This document shows, one piece after another, positions 16,560-20,000 of a stretch of 20,000 bases of DNA. Source of the stretch: an uncultured virus (IMG/VR IMGVR_UViG_2788500088_000017) (taxonomy: Duplodnaviria > Heunggongvirae > Uroviricota > Caudoviricetes); IMG/VR virus record IMGVR_UViG_2788500088_000017, one strand, 5' to 3'. Below the pieces are notes generated by a model. That model was not told the origin of the DNA and did not search any database. It saw only the letters and a program-made list of their open reading frames with translations. The translations under genes and the position numbers were made by a program. The number at the start of each line of letters is the position of its first letter. The stretch's first letter is position 1.

Positions 16560-16855
16560 TCGGATTCCTCCTCAAGTCCGCCACGGATGTGGTGCCGGGT
16601 GATGGTGTAGGTGCGAGCCTCGGCAATGAAGCCGTGAGCCAATCGGTCAATGTCGGCTTGGCCTCGGCCACGGATTGCACCCTTGGTTCGGTTTGCGCGG
16701 ATGAGATAACGCTTGAGGTATTGGTGATGGTCAGCATCTCGCTCTTTTTCTGCGGCCTTTCGGCTGTAGAAGTAGCGCGAGTCGTAGACGATACCTTGCT
16801 GGGTGATGATGAGTTCGTAAATCTCGTGTCGGATAATAACACCTGCTTCAGTCAC
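16556..16855 (-). CDS. Hypothetical protein (99 aa)
   Basis: GTGA-coupled; contains FYSRKAAE. Confidence 0.7.
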   Translation of the reverse strand: MTEAGVIIRHEIYELIITQQGIVYDSRYFYSRKAAEKERDADHHQYLKRYLIRANRTKGAIRGRGQADIDRLAHGFIAEARTYTITRHHIRGGLEEESE

Positions 16856-17331
16856 TCTTCCTCACCTCGTGGGTTGGCAACCGAGTCAACGCGGTTTCCT
16901 GTGAGGTTGGCGATGCTGATGTGGAAGAAACGCGATGGGTCAATGTCGTCACCGAGAACACCAAGAGTCAGCATGATTTCTGCGCGCCACAACAAGAACG
17001 AGAGGTAGTTGGAAAGGATGAGGTAGCATGATGCCTTCTCACCTTCTGTCGCGGAGTAAACATCGCTCGCGTTGATGACAACATCGGGTGCTGGTAGGAA
17101 GGTGGGAATCATCTCCTTCATCCACTCGCGAAACTCCCTGTTGGACATGCCGCTTCGCTTCTGCAAAGGCTTGAGGTCGCGGGAAGTGAGGATGGTCATG
17201 TGCGGTTGAGCAATGGCGATGAGGCCGTAGCGCGACTCGCAGTCCTCTTGCAGTTGTCGGACTTGGTAGTCTTGAGGGTGTCCGTTGAGAACATCCGTGA
17301 GGATGAGGGAACCTTGAATGACGAGACTCAT
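16852..17331 (-). CDS. 2H phosphoesterase superfamily protein
   Basis: Two Hx[ST] motifs, PHMTI and FHISI, about 93 aa apart in a 159-aa protein. Confidence 0.75.
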   Translation of the reverse strand: MSLVIQGSLILTDVLNGHPQDYQVRQLQEDCESRYGLIAIAQPHMTILTSRDLKPLQKRSGMSNREFREWMKEMIPTFLPAPDVVINASDVYSATEGEKASCYLILSNYLSFLLWRAEIMLTLGVLGDDIDPSRFFHISIANLTGNRVDSVANPRGEEE

Positions 17332-17603
17332 TGGTCATCGCCTCCGTCAAGGAGAACGCCGTGGTCCTCGTTGGCTTCGTCAAGAAGCGTGTCCAATTTG
17401 TCGGCGGCATCCTGCATCATCTGTTGAGCGCGCTTGTTGCGTAGCCATTCCTCGGCGTGGGCTTTCGTGGGGAACCACATTTCGCCTTCACCGTTGGGGA
17501 AGTTCAATTTGTTGCACAGACCTTGCAGTCCGGTGGTGACAGGGAACGCGTAACCCGACTTGGTGGTAGTCCAAATCGTGACTTTGACTTGCTCGTCGCT
17601 CAT
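17328..17603 (-). CDS. Hypothetical protein (91 aa)
   Basis: Coupled; contains WFPTKAHAEEW. Confidence 0.7.
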   Translation of the reverse strand: MSDEQVKVTIWTTTKSGYAFPVTTGLQGLCNKLNFPNGEGEMWFPTKAHAEEWLRNKRAQQMMQDAADKLDTLLDEANEDHGVLLDGGDDQ

Positions 17604-17704
17604 TGGGATTCCTCCGGTAGAATGAGGATGATGTGGGCGTTGCCATCAACATCAACAGCGTGGGAGAAGAAGGTGCAGTCACCTTGGTTGGTGGCGACCT
17701 TCAT
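17600..17704 (-). CDS. 34-aa peptide
   Basis: Not in the track. MKVATNQGDCTFFSHAVDVDGNAHIILILPEESQ exactly bridges two ATGA junctions. Confidence 0.6.
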   Translation of the reverse strand: MKVATNQGDCTFFSHAVDVDGNAHIILILPEESQ

Positions 17705-17904
17705 TCTTCTTCACCTCGTGAGTTGCTGGTGTCGTTCGGGTGGGCCTCGGCGTGTGCCTTGGCTCGCTGGGAGAGAGGGACGCGCTGTTGATTGGCAGGT
17801 GGATGCCAATGGTTGCGGTGTCCTCCCCGTTCGCTTTCGTTGTGTCGGATAGGACTTGCGTCCTTCCGATTGTTTTGTGTTTTCTTGCTTGTTTTCTTCT
17901 GCAT
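17701..17904 (-). CDS. 67-aa basic, disordered protein
   Basis: ATG 17904 behind GAAGTGA; ends RGEEE in an ATGA junction. Confidence 0.55.
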   Translation of the reverse strand: MQKKTSKKTQNNRKDASPIRHNESERGGHRNHWHPPANQQRVPLSQRAKAHAEAHPNDTSNSRGEEE

Positions 17905-17935
17905 GTTATCACTTCTTTTGTTTGTGTCCTGTGGA

Positions 17936-19534
17936 CTATGATTGGTCAACCAACGCTGGGTTGAATCCGTGGATGTGGTGAATAATTTTGTGGCGTTCAA
18001 GGCCGGTCTCGCGAATGAGTTGGTCAAGCATTCGCTCGTCCCCACCATGCTTGTAGTGGAGATGGAAGATGTGCTTCGTGCCGCTACCACGCATCACACG
18101 ACCGATGGTTTGGACGCGTGGACGAACAGCGTTCGTTCCATTCTGCATGATGAGAACACGAAGAGACGGGGCGTTGAAGCCCTCGCGTAGAGCCTTGCAG
18201 GTCAGCAAGACATCATCGGAGTCTCGCCAAAGACGCAACTCGCGCTGGGCAAACTCCTTCGTGTAGACAGACTCAAGACGGGAACGGAAATCGTCGTTGT
18301 CCAATTCGGGATAGGTCGCGTAGAACAAAGCCACATCATGGGGGTCGTTGCCGATGGGGTTTCCACCTCCGCTGTGATAGACGCGAGGGAACAGTCCAAT
18401 GTCCATGAGCATTTGATTCATGCGTTCAATGGTGAAAATGCTGTCGTTGAAAATGACGGTCTGCTGTGCGATGAGAGTAGGATGCTTGGCGATGTTGAGA
18501 GTCTGCGTGTTGCGGTCCTCAATGGAGTTCTCGGCACGCTTTCGCTTCATCGTCAAGGCATTGTAAATCGCGCAAGGCTCATGGTTTCTCACGCTGTGAT
18601 GTGTTGGAGACAGGTGGCCCTTGCCTATGTCGTTGAGGTGAGCCTTGGCCGCGTGGTATGAGATGCGACACTTGTTGTCCAAGTCCGCGAGGTTCATTGA
18701 TTCCGACGGAGTCGTGGTGACATTGACGACATGGAAGCGGTAGTCCAAGTCATCCTCTTCCGTTCGCGACTGCATGATGGCTTGAATCAATGGCAACTCG
18801 TAGACCACCGGTGCGTTGAGGACTTCGGTGACATCCACACCATCACCTCGTGCTGGTGTTGCGCTCAGTCCAAGCATGGCATCGCCTTGGAACTTCTTGA
18901 AAGTCTTCCTCGCGCCTTCGGCACCAGCACAATGAACCTCGTCGCAGATGAGAAGGATTCGTCCAGCCTTGCGCTTGAACAATTCGGAGTCAACCCACTT
19001 TGAAAGTGAGTTGTAAGTGACAACCAACATCTCCGTGAAGGGAGAGACGGGTTCGTCATACCTCGCGACTTGGTATTGATAGAGTTGCGCGGTGCGGAAC
19101 CAATCAGTAGCGAGAGGGACGGTGGGGACAACGATGACAACGAGGCCGTCGGTATCGTAAAGCCAATCAGCCGCCGCCATGAATCCGAGTCGCGTCTTGC
19201 CAGCACCAGTAGCGACCTTGTTGATGGCGCGCTTGTTGTCAAGACCATGCCACAGATTGATTGCTTCGGCTTGCCAAGGACGCGCCGTTGATTCCATCGC
19301 TTCCGCAGAAGCATAGGGTCGCGAGGCAACACGCTGTTTGTTCTCGGCAACCACTTCATTGAGAGGCTTGAGGGGGACGAGAGAATATCCACCGGTCGCA
19401 GTCGGCATCAACTCCCCGGCGGGGGCTTCCCAAGAGCCTCCAAAGGACGGAGGCTCATCAAAGGTGGGGACTTCACCATCAAAGGTGGGGACGACGACTT
19501 CGCCGTCAAAGGTTGGTGTGTGTTCATAGTTCAT
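17936..19534 (-). CDS. Superfamily 2 DExH helicase (XPB/Rad25/ResIII-like) with N-terminal PTFD repeats
   Basis: ARPWQAEA (Q), ATGAGKT (I), VVPTVPL (Ia), DEVH (II), LSATP (III), LREGFNAP (V), QTIGRVMR (VI). Start re-called to ATG 19534 behind GAAGTGA. Confidence 0.92.
   Translation of the reverse strand: MNYEHTPTFDGEVVVPTFDGEVPTFDEPPSFGGSWEAPAGELMPTATGGYSLVPLKPLNEVVAENKQRVASRPYASAEAMESTARPWQAEAINLWHGLDNKRAINKVATGAGKTRLGFMAAADWLYDTDGLVVIVVPTVPLATDWFRTAQLYQYQVARYDEPVSPFTEMLVVTYNSLSKWVDSELFKRKAGRILLICDEVHCAGAEGARKTFKKFQGDAMLGLSATPARGDGVDVTEVLNAPVVYELPLIQAIMQSRTEEDDLDYRFHVVNVTTTPSESMNLADLDNKCRISYHAAKAHLNDIGKGHLSPTHHSVRNHEPCAIYNALTMKRKRAENSIEDRNTQTLNIAKHPTLIAQQTVIFNDSIFTIERMNQMLMDIGLFPRVYHSGGGNPIGNDPHDVALFYATYPELDNDDFRSRLESVYTKEFAQRELRLWRDSDDVLLTCKALREGFNAPSLRVLIMQNGTNAVRPRVQTIGRVMRGSGTKHIFHLHYKHGGDERMLDQLIRETGLERHKIIHHIHGFNPALVDQS
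19440..19519. repeat. Imperfect in-frame repeats encoding PTFD x3 + PSFG
   Basis: ATCAAAGGTGGGGAC twice plus GTCAAAGGTTGG. Confidence 0.9.
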
Positions 19535-19814
19535 GGTGTTCACTTCTTTTTTCATCAATCTGTTGAGCGCGAGCATCAATCCAGTCAGCATCGCTTGGTG
19601 TAAACCAATCGCAGAATCGTTGACCGATAATGTGGAGAGGGTCAAGAGCAAGCCATTGATAGTTAATCAATTCAAGGTCTTCAATCCACTCATCGCACGC
19701 TGTGACATAAGCCTCAACGCTTGACGCATAGGTATAACCTGCTCGTTCTCTTCCTTCTTCATCAAGGGTCGCGAGCCATTCAGCCCATCCGTTCCATTGT
19801 TTTTCATTGTTCAT
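19524..19814 (-). CDS. Trp-rich acidic hypothetical protein (96 aa)
   Basis: ATG 19814 behind GAAGTGA; apparent first gene of the long minus-strand run. Confidence 0.65.
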   Translation of the reverse strand: MNNEKQWNGWAEWLATLDEEGRERAGYTYASSVEAYVTACDEWIEDLELINYQWLALDPLHIIGQRFCDWFTPSDADWIDARAQQIDEKRSEHHEL

Positions 19815-19823
19815 GTTGTTCAC

Positions 19824-20000
19824 TTCTGTTTTGTTTTTCTTATTTTTCTTAGTCTCATTTAATAGAGAAAGGAATATCATTGTAACTATCAAGGAGACAT
19901 GAGATTCGTGATAGAACCTCATGTTTGACAGCAAACAGACGCGAGTCTGTTATGTTTGTGGGGGACACAGTCAAGCGTGTGTCAAGGACTCGCTGTTGAA
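19824..20000. promoter_or_regulatory. Non-coding upstream region with palindromes; likely promoter for the minus-strand cluster
   Basis: AT-rich 19826-19890. Inverted repeats at 19898-19923 and 19934-19951. GTCTCATTTAA shared with 240-250. Confidence 0.45.

Noticed and set aside
374..19724. Numerous plus-strand ORFs, up to 228 aa
   Set aside because: They are antisense shadows of the coupled minus-strand genes and show no recognisable motifs.

Overview
A densely packed, almost entirely minus-strand segment that looks like the early/replication region of a dsDNA virus. The host is most likely an archaeon: ribosome-binding sites are GAGGTGA/GGTGA-type, and the window has an RFC-like clamp-loader N-terminus and an archaeal-type ATP-dependent ligase architecture. 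A marine Euryarchaeota virus is plausible, but that is inference. About 40 genes are translationally coupled, mostly through ATGA/GTGA overlaps. Recognisable products are a partial clamp-loader ATPase, a degenerate LAGLIDADG-like protein, a ligase-like protein lacking the catalytic lysine, a SNF2/SMARCAL1-like helicase, two endonuclease V-like paralogs, a PCNA-like half protein, a DUF932-like protein, a 2H phosphoesterase and an SF2 helicase. Five signals stand out. (1) An acidic P[ST]FD motif occurs 14 times across four unrelated proteins, arrayed in three of them. (2) A multi-helix RNA-like element lies at 11370-11534. (3) An identical 18-bp RBS/stop/start junction is reused four times. (4) Six 4-bp palindromes appear to be avoided. 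(5) An iteron-like AT-rich spacer lies at 155-328. All calls were made by eye; no database searches were run.
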